This document shows, one piece after another, positions 1 to 15,300 of a stretch of 64,000 bases of DNA. The stretch's first letter is position 1, and each line of letters opens with the position of its first letter. The stretch comes from Antedon mediterranea (Eukaryota > Animalia > Echinodermata): assembly GCF_964355755.1 (NCBI RefSeq), contig NC_092680.1, positions 21,647,045 through 21,711,044 on the forward strand, given 5' to 3'. A program made the translations under genes and the position numbers. The notes beneath the pieces are model-generated. The model was not told the origin of the DNA. It did not search any database and was given only the letters and a program-made list of their open reading frames with translations.

Positions 1-175
1 GCACTTTAAAGAACCTAGTACATCTTTCGAGACGAGTAGGGGGTGTACTTGTGACAGACGTAATGGTGCCAGAGTTGGCTGCCAATGACACGATGTGACC
101 CTTAGGGGAGAAGAATGTTGTTGAAAAGGTGTAACATTTTAGCCCACAGAGCTCTGATCTTCATGAAATAAATGT
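1..175 (+). mobile_element. 3' part of a SINE (Nin-domain-like)
   Basis: gcactttaaagaacc...ttcgagacgagtagggg resembles the recalled SINE central-domain motif; the stretch ends in an aataaa-like tail. Confidence 0.4.
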
Positions 176-336
176 CGCAATACATTACTTTGGTATTAAG
201 TAGACTCCTACAGTAGATTGTACGGTTTTATTTAACAATATTGTGTCTCTGATTGAAATATGTTATTGCATATACCATTGCCAAGTAGACTGGTGTATGT
301 TGATGTATCTTTCTATTAATCATTACATTTATTTAG

Positions 337-3300
337 ATGACTAAAGAGGAACGAGCAAAGGAAGAAGAAAGAAAGAAGAATGAGGAGGTAGAAGCTGCGG
401 CATTAGAGAAAGTAAAGAAATGGAAAGAAGCAGTGACAGCAATGAGGGTAACTCACAATATGTTTTTAATTTCACATTATAAGCCATCATTAATCAGTAC
501 AGGAACATATAATTACAGTTGATTGAATCTTGAATATGCCCATTAATTTTACCAAAAAATGGATAGAAAAAAATTACCTGAAAAAACTATAATTTTAAGC
601 AGAAAAAGAGTCAACTTGACTGGAAATCAATGGGTTTTGGTTGAATTTACCTATTTATTTTGTATTTTTAAAAGTAAAAACCTTTTTTTTTATTCAGGAA
701 GTGATTAACTTTAATAAAACTGTGAAATGGCCTAATAAAAGTCTTTTTTTTAATTAATCTTCATTTTTTATAGATGAATCTCAACTGACACGGCATAACA
801 TTTTTCAAATAAGCCTTTCAACCTTTTTTATCATGAAATTTGCTTCTTTAAAATAAATTTCTTTTTTTTTACATTAAATTGTTGACAATTGTTTTATTGA
901 TTTGATTTTTTTTTAAATACAGAAAGATCTCCCGAGCAATGAAATGTGCTACGATTTCTTTACTAAAAACTTTGAAAACCCACCAGAATCTGAAAGACAA
1001 GCAGTAGAGGATGAAGCAGGACCATCCACAAGACAAGAACCCCAACCAGAAGAAGCTGGAGAACCAGATGATTTTGAAGCATTGACATCAGATGCTTTTG
1101 TCCAGAAAGAAGATTGGCGTGATCGCCCCATAGAATATATTGGACCTCATTATCTTACAATGCATGAGAGGAAAGATAAATTAGAAGGCTATTATTTTGT
1201 ACCAAGTGTACGCACCAGTAAGTTTTTGTGAATGCCATGTCACCTGTATATCGGCACTGTGAAATAATTTGCTATTTACATACTTGATTATTATTGTGTC
1301 TAGAGAATACAAATATTCCATGTGGACATTAGGACTCCACAAGAAAAATGTGATGTGCCCATATATGGACATGATGATGTCATATGACTACCATATTTGG
1401 GTATATCACTACCATTTTTAGGCACATCACACTTTTTGATAGTTTGATAGTGTAGACATAGCTTAATATTCTGTAGTAGTAGTAATTGAAATTTTATTTA
1501 TATTTCTATATTTTTAATTGATATTTCTAATCAGTTGCTGTTGAAGATAAGATATCAGAAGACGTAGAACCACGTTATTTAGAAGAGGAAGGATTTTATG
1601 TTGGCGTGCGACCTCAGGTGACATCACGCAACCAGAATGTTATGGAGGCCAGACTTTTGAAATCTTCTGATAAGGTATGAATACTAAACGTCCTTTTCAT
1701 ATTTATTCGATTATTGGTTTATAAAGGTCTGAATTTCTGTTGAAATTGTTCAACAAATTCTTCATTCTTCCTAAATCTTTTGTAGGGTAAAAATTGGTTT
1801 GGAGATGACGGAAGGATTAAAGCATTGCCAAATCCAATCAAAACTATTCCATCTAGGCCTAGGATCCTAACCTCAGAAGATATTGAAGTTGATCTGAAAA
1901 CTGTCTACAAAGCGGTATGAAAAGCATTCACTTATTGTCTATTTTTGGTAGAATTGTCTAGGGGTTCTCAGATCTGGAATGCTGACAGTGGATAAATTTG
2001 GGATGTGGGGTTGGAGGGGTATTATGTTATTCTTTGTTGTATAGTTTTTGTATTTGTATCGCTGGTTTGTTTAAATTGTTTTGTAATTTTACTGTGATTG
2101 TGATTTATGTACATGGGCCCTCTAGGATAACAAAAACTCTTACTGAAGAGGTCACCCAATATATATAGAACAAATAAATTTTAAAAAATCAATCAATCTA
2201 CGGATGTAAGCTGATGAATATATAATGTAAGTGAGTATAGTTCTTCTAAATTGAAAGTTAGTGTTTTTATTTTCAGCCGGTTCTTTCAGAATTTGACAAC
2301 CGTTTCATAGATGGTCAAGGAAGTGATTATGGTCAGTACCAGCTGGACATAGATGTGAACATGCTCATATTTACACATCATTCAATGTTCAGCAAGGAGC
2401 ATTTATTGATCACAAAACTTCAGCAGTTGTTTGACCAATACCTGACCAGGAACAAGAAGGCTATGACTGAGTACTATTCTGATAAGGTAACCATTACATG
2501 TTCAAAGCATTGCTTGACAATTACTATATCCATAGTCACTACACAAATATAGGAGCAATCCGTAGTTGATTGATTACGCATTAACTAATGTCTTAGAAAC
2601 TACACATTTTTATGTGGAAGATTTTATAGTTATGCATACTGGTTGTCAGCAGGGTATTTGAACAACTCTAAGTTGTTAGTAAAAACACTAGCTTATATTA
2701 CATATAAAGTAAATTTGCTCTTTATGAGTATATTTTTTTTTATTGTAAACTAATTTTTACTTTATTTAACTCACAAAATAAAAATATATTTAATTGAGTG
2801 ATTCTCTTATATTCATCATCTATGTTTCTTTGAGTTTGAAATAATGATTTCTTTGTTTTAGTTGAGGGTTTTGAAATCAGCGTTGACAAATCTGCAAGGT
2901 CAATTGTTTGAACTGAAAGATTCTGAACTACCCATTGTTAATGAACTAGAAACAAAAGTTCACAATTATCAGCAAGAAATCAGGTAAAATTTAACATTTA
3001 TGACAACCAATCAACTTGTATTTCACATTTATGTTTAATACTTGGAAAATGGTGATTATTCGTTTTCAACGGAAATAAACCATAAGGTTTTATTGGGTCA
3101 TCCTGAGCTTTGTTTTTTACTTTTAAGTTTATATTACAACCGTCCATTATTGTATTGTTAATTATGTGCTCGAATAAAATTGAATTGAATTAATTAAAGG
3201 AAATATTTAGAGGTTTACTGTAGTTTCAGTTATATTAGGAGTGATGTTGATTATTTAGTAGAAATGCATTAGCAACTATAGGTGCTGTACTACATATTAT

Positions 3301-6300
3301 GTATAGGATTGTGTGGCATTGATTGTGATGTTTAGTAGGACCAGTATAAGTCTTTCATTATAGAAAATTAAATTGCAAATGTTTTTTTAAAGACAAACTC
3401 GTAAGCTTCGGGATGGCGAAATGTCAAGTGATAGAAATCTTCTTCGTAACTTGCTACACACTTGGAAAGAAACAAAAGCACTGAGAGAAAAACAAGAATG
3501 TACAAATTCACCAATTAAATTGACCATTAGAAAGTAAGTAGATTAGTATTATTTATTTAGTAGTTTAAGTTCTATTTATTTAGCCGAAACCATTTAATTC
3601 ATTTCAATGTAAATGTTTTTTATATGTTTACAAATGACAATAAATTTACTGGACTTGACTTTATTTATTTCAATTCCAATTATTTATTTCTTTTATCTCA
3701 AATATTGTAATGAAAAAAAAAACAGTTTTGTTGTACAGCAAATTTAGAGGGTCGAAATCCCAGAGAGCAAAAGCTTAAGATGAACTGCGCTGAAACAGAA
3801 CTTCTTTAAATATTTACAAAATATTATTTGTAAATAATGTAGAAAATTCCAATGATACTAAAAAGATAATGGAGAAAAAACAGAACAAAAACACAGATAT
3901 TAAATGGTCAATAGTTTAATTTATCATTTTTTTGCCTCCAGAGAGCTGTCTGATAAAGCTACTGATGAACAAGCATGGAGATATGATTTAACTGAAGAGT
4001 TAGAAGAACTTAAAGAAATACATGAAAAAGAGTATAATGTGAAGATGAAAGTGTACAAAGAAGAACTGGAACAATGGAAACAATTCATGAAGGAAAGGGT
4101 ACAAACAAACAATTCTATATTTTGTTTTGTCTTTTGTGGGACCAACCCACCTTTATTATTTCCTCTTTTTTTTTTTCTTTTTTTTCTTTACGTCAGGTAG
4201 AGATAGAAGTTGACAACATTTATAAGAATGAATGTGTTAAAATAGTCTAATACTTAATTTATGAAAATGATATTCAAATAATGGCAATTTGTTGCACACA
4301 CAAATACATATATACTCATGGTTTTAAACAATGCATTAAAATATATGATTTATACAGAAAAAAAAAATGGCTTATTAACAATACAAATGGTAACCACAAT
4401 AAAAAAAAAGAAAAAAAAACTTATATTCTATATAAACATATCATTTATAGATTCAGGAATAATAAAAAGATTGTTTTTAATATTTCTCAAAACAGCAGTA
4501 CCCAAAAGTGAATAGACCATTGGTTCACATATGAAGGAATCTTACACAAACATAAAGAATAGGAATTAATGTTGAGTACTCATCTAAAAATTAAACTATT
4601 TTAAGTGTACACAAGTGAATGATGCACTCTTGACCTACTGTATGGTTTAAGATCTTCTTGAAGAATTCAATTTGGTTTTTTAACTTAATTATATATTTTC
4701 AGAAGAAAAAGAACAAAAAGGCAAAGAGAGGCTCAAGGGAAGGTTTGGCAGAAAGCCAAGGAGAGTCTGACGTAGAGACACATGATGCTGTAGAAGTACC
4801 TAAACCTGAAAAACCAGAAAAAACATTCAATGAAGAAGAAGAGAAGATGAAGCTGAAACAGAAATACAAGCAGATTAGAAGAAAACCAGGTAAAAATTAA
4901 GTTTACTATTTACAATGGACGACATGTGTAGTTGAATAAAATACATCAAAACATGCTTAAGTCTAGCCATAGTTTACTTGTTGTTAGTCTTACTTGCTAC
5001 TTTTACATGTTTTGGTAGGCTTCTACTATCACCAATAAACTGATATTACTTATGTCAACAAATAGTGTACTGTTTTATTTGAGTAGTAATTTACTTAATT
5101 TTAATAATAATAACTTGCCTTATATTTATAATAGGTCATAGCTTCAAATGTAAAACAAGTTTATTGAATAACATTTCGTTATTTAGTATCTCATATCCAT
5201 GAATCATGAGTTTTATCCTTTAGGATTGTCCCTCTATCCAAGGACACACCTTTTTATGGACACTCCTATAAGATGACAATTTGTTTTTAATATTCTGTTT
5301 GTTTAATACAGGGGAACCATACATTTATCCTGAGCTGAGTAACACTGCGGTGGTGACGCCCCCTAGTGATTGCCCAAAGTCTGAGCAAGCTCGTCGAACT
5401 GGCATGCAGAAGTGTCGATGCTTCATTAAAGTACTCATCAACGACAAGGAAGTCTCAAGAACTGGTGTCAGGTAATAGTCAACTCATTTGTAGTCTTGTA
5501 AGAGAAAGGGATAGAGTCACTCTTAAGCTCTGTCTACACTATCAAACTATTTTGACAAAAAAGTGTGATGTGCCCAAATATGGTAGTGATATGACATCAT
5601 CATGTACATCTCATTTTGTTGTCACATAAAGTTTGATAGTATAGACAAGGCTTTATACAATATAGGTATTATCCGTTTTAACCCTAGCAAATTTGTTTAG
5701 ATCAAACAAAAGCATAATATAATGAGAATTTCTTTAAAGTAGAAACAATGATTTGTGTTTGTATTACCAAAATTTCTTTTCAAGTTGAAGTAGACCCCCA
5801 CCCCCTCTCTCCATTAAAACACCCTTTTAAGTGGACATCCAAGACCCCCACCCCCTCTCTCTGTGGAAACACCCTTTTAAGTGGACATCCAAGACCCCCA
5901 CCCCCTCTCTCTGTGGAAACACCCTTTTAAGTGGACATCCAATAGAGTTCTACTGTGTATTTATTTAATGGCCATTATTTGGATTTTTCAGAACATTATC
6001 ATCAGATTTTACAATTCGTTTTGGAGAAATATTTAATGTTCAGATTGTTCAATGGCCTTTGAACATTAAGCTGCAGGTAGGATAACTCATTTTGATATTG
6101 GACAATGTATTACTTTATAATGTACTCGTGGGGTCCTTTTGATAGCGGAATGACCAGTAATACCAGATGTTCCCTTATTCGAGATTCAAGAAATTGCATT
6201 GGTCAGCTTAAAATGGAAATTCATTTTGCTTTGCATAATTAAGACAATAAAAGACAATAAAAATACATCAAATTGCTTGCACAAACATCATATGCCAATG

Positions 6301-9300
6301 TTAAAATATGATTAATACTAATAGGCCAATATTAGAATACTGTTAATAGTTATTCTAGTTAAGTAGAGTGTACTGCAGCCTTTAACATGTTGATGGTTCA
6401 ATACAGCAAACTAAACTCTGCGTCATAGTACTTGAATTCTAATAGAATATTTATTGTTAGGTATTTGAATCTGGAGCGTTCAACAACATGATAGCAGAAG
6501 TCTTTTTACCGATACCAGACACCAGGATGACATCAGATGTCGTTGAACTTGAAGAGATAGACTTCAGTAGTGACCACAAAAGATCTTATAACCACAGTGC
6601 TGTTGGCAGTGGTAAAATTTTTTTCTAGTAGTAATATTAGTTGATGAACATAATTTATTTTGATCACTTGTTTGGTTGGTATAATTTTAGAATCCTTTCA
6701 GTGTTAGTAGTTAGTAGGCTTAATATTGTGCTGTATCAATTCATTATGATCCAATTGTCCAAAATGTCTTGCATTTTTCACAAAGGTTGCATAATTGAGT
6801 TTAACTTCTTTTTAAAATCATTTGTACCATGTCTCGTGATATTTCTACAATATTCTTCACAAATCTCATCATTCGCAAGGTTTGTTTGTTTCTTCTCTAT
6901 ACTGGGTGACCTCTGACCTTTTTGCCATATATCTCTATACTGGGTGACCTCTGTAGTACACCTTTTTGCCATATATCTCTATACTGGGTGACCTCTGTAG
7001 TACACCTTTTTGCCATATATCTCTATACTGGGTGACCTCTGTAGTACACCTTTTTGCCATATATCTCTATACTGGGTAACCTCTGTAGTACACCTTTTTG
7101 CCATATATCTCTATACTGGGTGACCTCTGTAGTACACCTTTTTGCCATATATCTCTATACTGGGTGACCTCTGTAGTACACCTTTTTGCCATATATCTCT
7201 ATACTGGGTGACCTCTGTAGTACACCTTTTTGCCATATATCTCTATACTGGGTGACCTCTGTAGTACACCTTTTTGCCATATATCTCTATACTGGGTGAC
7301 CTCTGCAGTACACCTTTTTGCCATATTATATCTATATGTATTTTTTAAAATTCACAGGTTACACAGTGGAGCTTGGTGAAGGAGATAGTGTAAAGCATGT
7401 GACCCCATTGACCTCTGGTTCCATAGTGTCCAGTGTGGCTTGGGGTGTGGGGGATGATAACAGGCCTTTGATTCCTCCAGAATCTCTGAATCCTCAAGAT
7501 ATCAAGTATGTATTTAGCTATTAAAAAACAAAATTACATGTTTTTGCTTTTTTTTTATAAGATTGACATATATTTACATTGTGATAGCCATTTTGATAAA
7601 TAATGTTATTTTCAACTAAATTTAAATGTATTTTAGGATGCAGCACCGGTATGACGCCTTATCGGCTTTAGGTGCTGGTGGGGTCATTGACATTGAGAAA
7701 CTTTCTAATTGGATCAATGACGCAAGACTTGACCCCAATGACCCAGTCAATGCCAACATCATCCATTCAGTCAAGGTATGACTACTTTAAACTGTTTGTG
7801 CTTGTCCTTATTTCAAACTGCATTTATGTGTAAAGTAGCTCGGTCAAACTAATTTGACAAACAAAGTGTGATGTGCCCAAATATGGTAGTGATATGCCCA
7901 AATATGGTAGTGATATATGACATAATTATGTCCACAGAGTTTGATAGTGTAGACAGGGCTTAAGATTACATTATGATCTATTGTTGGCTTTACAATGAAA
8001 CATGAAATAAGATAAAACTCCTAAACGTGGAAATGTGCACAATTGAGAATGTCAACATTTCAATTATCATACAAGCATTTCATTCTAAAACATTAAACAA
8101 ATTCTCAGAATTCTACCTAATTCACATCACATTCTTTTGTCACATAAAGTTTGATAATGTAGCTTCTAAGGTGTATTAAAATTAAATTAAATATTTGTAG
8201 ATGTTGCGAGGTGGTGATGGAAACCAAAGTCATATTCCTGACTTCTTTCGACTTGAACAACTTCAAGAAGAGTTCAACTTTGTAACGGATGATGAACTAG
8301 CCCTTTCTAAGAGATTTAAAATGATAGAATATCGGCAGAAGGAGATCCCTGAATTTAGGAATATTAAATTTGTTCCATGCCAGGAGAAAGAGATTCAAGA
8401 TGATATATTTAAGGTAATTTGTTGTTTTTACTACTTGATTGTTTAGTCAAGTCATGAAGAAATTATTTCTCCATGGTCAAGTGTACCTTCTATTAATAAA
8501 GGGGGCTTACCATAGCAAAACACTTCCACTGCTGACTTTTAAAAGAAGACTTTCAATTTTGTTTTCATCTCAGAGATTTGGTAATCTTCACTAATATTCT
8601 TGTTAATATTGAGCATAATGTTGGAGAATTAATAGCTTAGTTAATGTATTTTTGTTGAATAAATTGTTTTTTAAATATTGATTTCCTTTTATTCCAGGCT
8701 TATGAATTAAGGAAACAGAAAGAGCAAAAAGGCTTAGTGTCTGCTGATATGGATCCACACAGAGCAGCAGTAGCCAAGTTCCTTGGAAAGGTTTCTGTAT
8801 ATTTGTCAACTTATATAAAGTTTACTTGACCTTTTATGTTTTGTAAATTTTAAACTTCTGTCTGTTTTGGGCGAGTTTCTGGTTTTCTGAGAGTCTGGTA
8901 TTATTGGAGAGTTGAACTTTTATGTCAAGGAGGATGTGAGCTATTGCATTGGTGGGAAACTTCTTAGTTGAACATTTTTAGTAGGTTAAAAACTTTATAA
9001 CACACCCTCTTTTGAGTCAATGTTTTTGGTTGAGTTTGATAGTGTGGTATATAATTGCTTTATCTATTTTTTTAAATCCTACTATTAAGACCAGTATCAG
9101 CCAATATACATACACTCTGGAAAAATGATATATTAAATAAAATGTCCTCCCAAAATGTGATCCTAACTACTACAATTGTTTTCTTCAATTTAATCTAGGT
9201 CCGTCAGCAAGTGATGGCAAGATTCCTTGCAGCTCAGCATCAATTTTCACTTGAAGATGTTGTGAATGAGGAGGCAGTGCCAAACATTGGGTAGGTATAC

Positions 9301-12300
9301 TTTGGTATGTGTTTACTCATGAGGTGTATCCAACTTAACAGTGGAGTGGAGTTGTGGCTTGGTGGTTATGATGCTTGGCTACCAATCCAAGGCTCCTGGG
9401 TTCAAGTCCTGTCATATGTCGGGTTTTTTCTAATGACAAATCACAACTCCACTCCCAAAGACTTGAAATAAATTAAGTTATGTAGAGCATCTTGTGTATA
9501 TGTTTGCTTATGGTTATCCTGGCATCTTGTGTATATGTTTGCTTATGGTTATCCTTTGCAATTTGCCTAAATAAATAGAATAGAAAGTTACTATTTTACA
9601 TTATTTTTTTTCATAGATTGTTAGGTGGTAATATTTTGAAACTTGCTGAACCACGGCGCCCTCTCAGACCTCAAAGGAAAGAACGCAAGACAGTGACAGC
9701 TCAGAATCTGGCAGGCCTTGATGTTAATATTCTCATCAACATTGAAAGAGCTTTTGACATCCCTGTCAGGTCTTCTGCAATAAGGTAATAACAATGATTT
9801 GTGGTTGCAATATTGTACGAATATGAATGTGTGTATTTGGTAAGACAGACAGTAAACATACATTTTTTAAATGATGGTGATTTTATTTTCTTCTTTTTTT
9901 CTTTAATATCTTTATTTACATTCAGGTTTTCTTTTTTTTCTGTTTCAGCTCTGAATCGGGATCAAGCCAGACAACACAGGTTTGTTTTTTTTTTTGTTAT
10001 TTGTGATTTTGTTTTAGCAATTACAATTTTTAATTCCACATACTGTTGTTGTTTACCTGCCTTTGTTCTTGTTGATATTAGAATATTGTAAGACCTTTTG
10101 TGGAGGTTTTGTTCCAGCAAAATAAGAAGCAAACAAGCACAACAGAAGGACCAAATCCAAACTGGAATGAAGAGATTGCAATGCCATTCAAGTAAGAATG
10201 TTTTTTATAAAACAATCAATTTCAACTTATTTCTTTACAAACTGTAACTAAATTACACCCTGAAACATTATTAATGTTAATCTCTTCACATAAAGTTGGA
10301 TAGTGTAGACAGAGCTTTAATCTTTGATTTTGACAGAGCACCAAATAATGACTACTCATCTACCAACTTTAGTATTAATGTTACTCTTTGTTTTTGACAG
10401 AGCACCAAATAATGACTACTCATCTACCAACTTTAGTATTAATGGTACTCTTTGTTTTTGACAGAGCACCAAATAATGACTACTCATCTACCAACTTTAG
10501 TATTAATGGTACTCTTTGTTTTTGACAGAGCACCAAATAATGACTTCTCATCTACCAACTTACAAAGTATTAATGTTACTCTTTGTTTTTGACTGAGCAC
10601 CAAATAATAACTTCTCATCTACCAACTTACAAAGTATTAATGTTACTCTTTGTTTTTGACAGAGCACCAAATAATGACTACTCATCTACCAACTTACAAA
10701 GTATCAACGACTTAATCTACCTGAATCTGTTTGATGAGGTGTTGATTGACATGTTACAGGATAACAGAGAGTCAGCGAGCACGGTGCATCGACGAGTTGA
10801 GAGGCGTTGGCTCGGTAGTATTCAGATTCCATTTTCAACCATTTACTTCCAGGGCAAGGTAACGTATAATTTACTATTATTGCTATGTTTCGACTCACGG
10901 TTGCTCAAACAGTTTTAACTGGTTACCATTGAGCCCTGCATTTTACGTTACAAAATGTAGTTGATGTTGCATTCCAAACTTTTCTTTGACACAGCGATAT
11001 CTTACATAGATTACATAGATTACATAGATTTATATGCTTATTACAGAAGCCTTACTATCTGACAATGTGAATAAACAGGAGTTCTTTGTAACAACTATTT
11101 GAATATATTTTTAGATAACCAGTATGGATAGTAATTATTAAGTCGTTTTTGCCTACAGCACTAAACTTATAATACTGATAATGATAATAATAGTTCATCC
11201 TTTTATAGTGCATATAAGTACATTGAAAGTAAAACAAGAATGGCAATATTAATTACATAAACGAAAAAGATTGTTTGAAAAGAAAATTCTTCAGCTAAGC
11301 TTTCGACTTGGAATTATAGCAACATTGTGGTTTTTACAAAAAAAGCTCTCAGAGTATTTGTGAAAATTATATATATGATTAACTTAATGTTCCTGAAGCA
11401 ACTTTCAGAAATTATCAATGTTGTGTTTACTGTTAATGATTGTATTGTCAATCAATTTGTGAATCTATGGTTGTGATTGTCAATCACCGGGTGGCCCTGT
11501 GGTAAAAACTTATAACTGTTTACATGTAGTTGTCTGTTTAATCTTTCACAGAACAACCAGTCAGCAATGGTATGAATTTGGAAGGGTTTAATAAAATGAT
11601 TTATTCTATTTGTGTATGAAATATGCTGTTTAGTAGCTGCATCTTAATTTTGCTTTGCTTTAGTAAAATTATAAACTAATACATTATGGATTCCTAACAT
11701 GTTTTAACAGTCCTTTTCTATTAGAAATCTTGACTTCTTTTAGTTAAAAAGTAACAAATTATATTTAAGAAATGTCTTGTTTTGTTGCAGTGTACTAACA
11801 TTGTCAAATACTGTATGTCTTTATAATGTATGACTATATAAAGTACTTGTATTGTGTAATTATCGTTATGTTTTTTCTTTGTAGTACTTCAAATCAAATG
11901 TGGTAGGTTCTTTAAAACAACATGAATGTTGAATACAACATAGTGTTTTTCAGCCCATTTACAATTTAAGTTTTAATATACCTCACACAATCAAATAATT
12001 TCATAAATCCAAAAATATCATACATTTAATTGTTAAGAAATACTGTACACTCATTTACCATACCAGTCTGTTGATTCTGAATGATGCCTTTGCTACATGC
12101 ATGTATCCCCCAATCCAATACATCACAGTGTACCACCACTACCATTCATCTTTATCCAGTATTACAAACCACCATTCATTGGGTGATTTCAATGCTACCA
12201 TAGCCTCCTCAAGCAAAGTAAGTGGATATTGGGACAATGTTCTTGGAAACAATAATTTTGATAGAATGGAAACAAATGCTGTATGTACTGTATGCTATTG

Positions 12301-15300
12301 GATCCCTCAAGCTTCAGTATACATTTCACAATTCCTTGACAGTACAGTTAGACATCTTTATCCAGTTTTTACAAACAATTGCCATTGTCATACAGTCTGT
12401 CCTAAGTACACTTGTCCTTTTCATTTTAGCCTCTGTAGTTGTGTTCCCACGCTCTTCATTAACCAGTTATACCATGCCTTAGTTTAAATTATTTTAATTC
12501 ATGGTTTCATACCAGTTTGTTTACATTGATATTCTGTAGCATAGCATGATTATATAGATTGTGCATGTGTTTGTTTTATTACATCCTATACATATTATAT
12601 TATGTATAGTTATTGTTTAAACCTCTATTTAACAACAGGTAGATACGGTTACATTCATAATGTAAAAGCCTCCTTATTAATTCATATTTCAAACATTTTT
12701 ATGTTGATTTATTAAAGCATGTACCAATACAGTAGTTGAAAACATGCATCATTTCATTTGCATGTTTTGTCTATTTTCAATGAAATATGATTTTGTAACT
12801 TATATGGAGACCCAACATTGTTATCCTGAGTATTTCAATCAGATATATTAGATGTGATAGATATATGACTAAATGACTAAATTTCTTGAATTGGACTTCT
12901 TTACACAATAGAAAGTTTTTGAAATAATATAGAACAGAAACAGAAAGATCTAATTAAAATAAACATAAAAGATAATTTAATTGTCACATGTTGTATAACA
13001 GTATCACATTAAAAATTAACATGGCTGAATAACATCTGTTTTTAGGTTGAGGGCGCTTTTCGTGTTCAAGCTCCGACCTCGCTTCTTGGTTACGAGCGTG
13101 GTCAACATACATTGGGTAGAACTTACCTGTCAATGTTCATAACAATAGAACCACCGCTGGCTCCAGTGGAACCTACAAGGGAAAAGGTTAGTAGTAGTTT
13201 GGGTTCCAGACGGAGTAAAAAGATAATTATTTTGGCACATATGGCGTTTCATACAATAAATACAGACTTGCGACAAGTCTAGGTTAGTATGTATGCAAAT
13301 ATATGTAAAGCAGCCTTGTCTATCAAACTTTATGTGACAAAAACATGTGATATGCCCATATTATATGGGCATGATGATGTCATATCACTACCATATTTGG
13401 GTATATCACTACCATATTTGGGCACATCACACTTTTTTTGTCAAACTAGTTTGATAGTGTAGACAGAGCTTAAGAAAAAATGACTTGAGAATTTTAGTAC
13501 ACTTTACCTAGTAAATACTGGATTTTGAAGGCACATCTAATGTTCTTGCAAGTGAAATGTGCTGCTTACTATAACTACTGTATGTTAAATTACAAATAAT
13601 GTGCTTATTTCAGATGACATTTACATCCTATATTACTTTTGATGATCAGCCACTTATATTTTAATTAAGTATTGTATAGTATATTTTAAATGTGTGTGTT
13701 TTATCATGTACAGTATATACATATTTCTACTACTTGTGTGTGGTAACAGTAATTGATATTAAGTAAACTTAATTGTTTTCATTTAGTTTGATTCTAAAGA
13801 GGATGAGAAACTCCTTGCGTATGCCGACAATTTTGTTGTTGAATTCAAAAAGAAATTCCCGAAACGAGAAGTGATTACAACCGTGATGGACATCAACGGG
13901 AAGTCTGTGTTTGTGACTCGTTATTTTAGACCGTTGGCGCCACCAACCAAGGTACTAGAGGGCGACAACAAATTCACACCTATGGTATGTCATTTTATGA
14001 TTTCAAAGGTTACACATTTTGAAAACAATTATGAAGAAAATATATATACAGTCAACTCTCTCAATACCGGACACCTTTGGGCTGGCCAAATATGTCTGGT
14101 TTTTCAAAAAGTCTAGTATTCAGAATGTGTTTTTAGTGGTAAAAATTAATTTGGGACCTTTTGGTCCTCATAAAAAGTCTAGTAATGGGAGAGTTTCCGG
14201 TTTTCAGAGAGTCAAGTATTAAGAGAATTGACTAAACTGAACAATACTAAAACTGGCCATAATTGATGTTTTTATTATCATTGTTACCATTACACTGTTA
14301 CCATGTACATAGATGTTTCATACAGTCTATGAATTGCTTAGATTTCATTTTTTATTTTTATTTTATTCAATCAAAACCAACCGCGATAATTACCGCCCCT
14401 AACAAGTTTGAAACATAAAACAATACAACATCAAAAACAGTTCTGTCTACAAAGCTCTGTCTACACTATCAAACAAATTTGTTGTGTTTCTAGGAACGTG
14501 TTGCCAGGTTTGTGTCTTTGATCTCATTTGTGTCTGACAGTGTTGTGTATCCAGGTTTGTGTGATATTTGGAGCACTTGTGATGTAAGTACAAACAAAGC
14601 ATTATTGTATAAAACTTTAGTTTTTTTTTATGCAATTAAATAAACCAACAGAATCAACTTTAATTCAAACAGCAAAAACAATAAAATTAGAAATAATAAC
14701 ATCAGAATTGAAGTGGTCAAGTGGTTATGGCAGATACAAACTGAGAAAGGTTCTGTGTATTAGTGGCCGTATTCAGCAGTCGCACTTAAGCGAGATATTT
14801 CCCTTAAATATTAAGTATTTCACTTAACTCAATAAATATTTAAGTATCAAATGCTTCACAATCGTTATTTTAACTCGAAAGTTCAGTGGAATCATACATG
14901 ATTCAATAAAATTGTATTCACTTACAGTAGATAGGAGATTTTCTTAATTTTAAAGGTAAGTGTTTCCTAAAGTGTGAATGGTAAATATGGCCACTGGATC
15001 CTGCAAGTAACATAACACAAATAGCATTAGCTTGAATTTATTTAACAGTTTTATGTTTTTGTATCATTTAGCAATTTCTACAAATGTTACAAGGTGATGA
15101 AGAAGAACACGCCGTCCTTCTTTGTAACTACTTCCTTCAGATGGGCAAGAGGTCATGGGTCATTAAAGGGTCAGCCATTCCAGAAGGCTCAACTGTGTAT
15201 GTGCTCAGTGCTGATGATGATGGGTATAAGATCTGGAACCCATCAACCGGAGAATGGTATGATAAGAGTGACACTTTCTGTCCTTTGAAGTCTGTCACAG

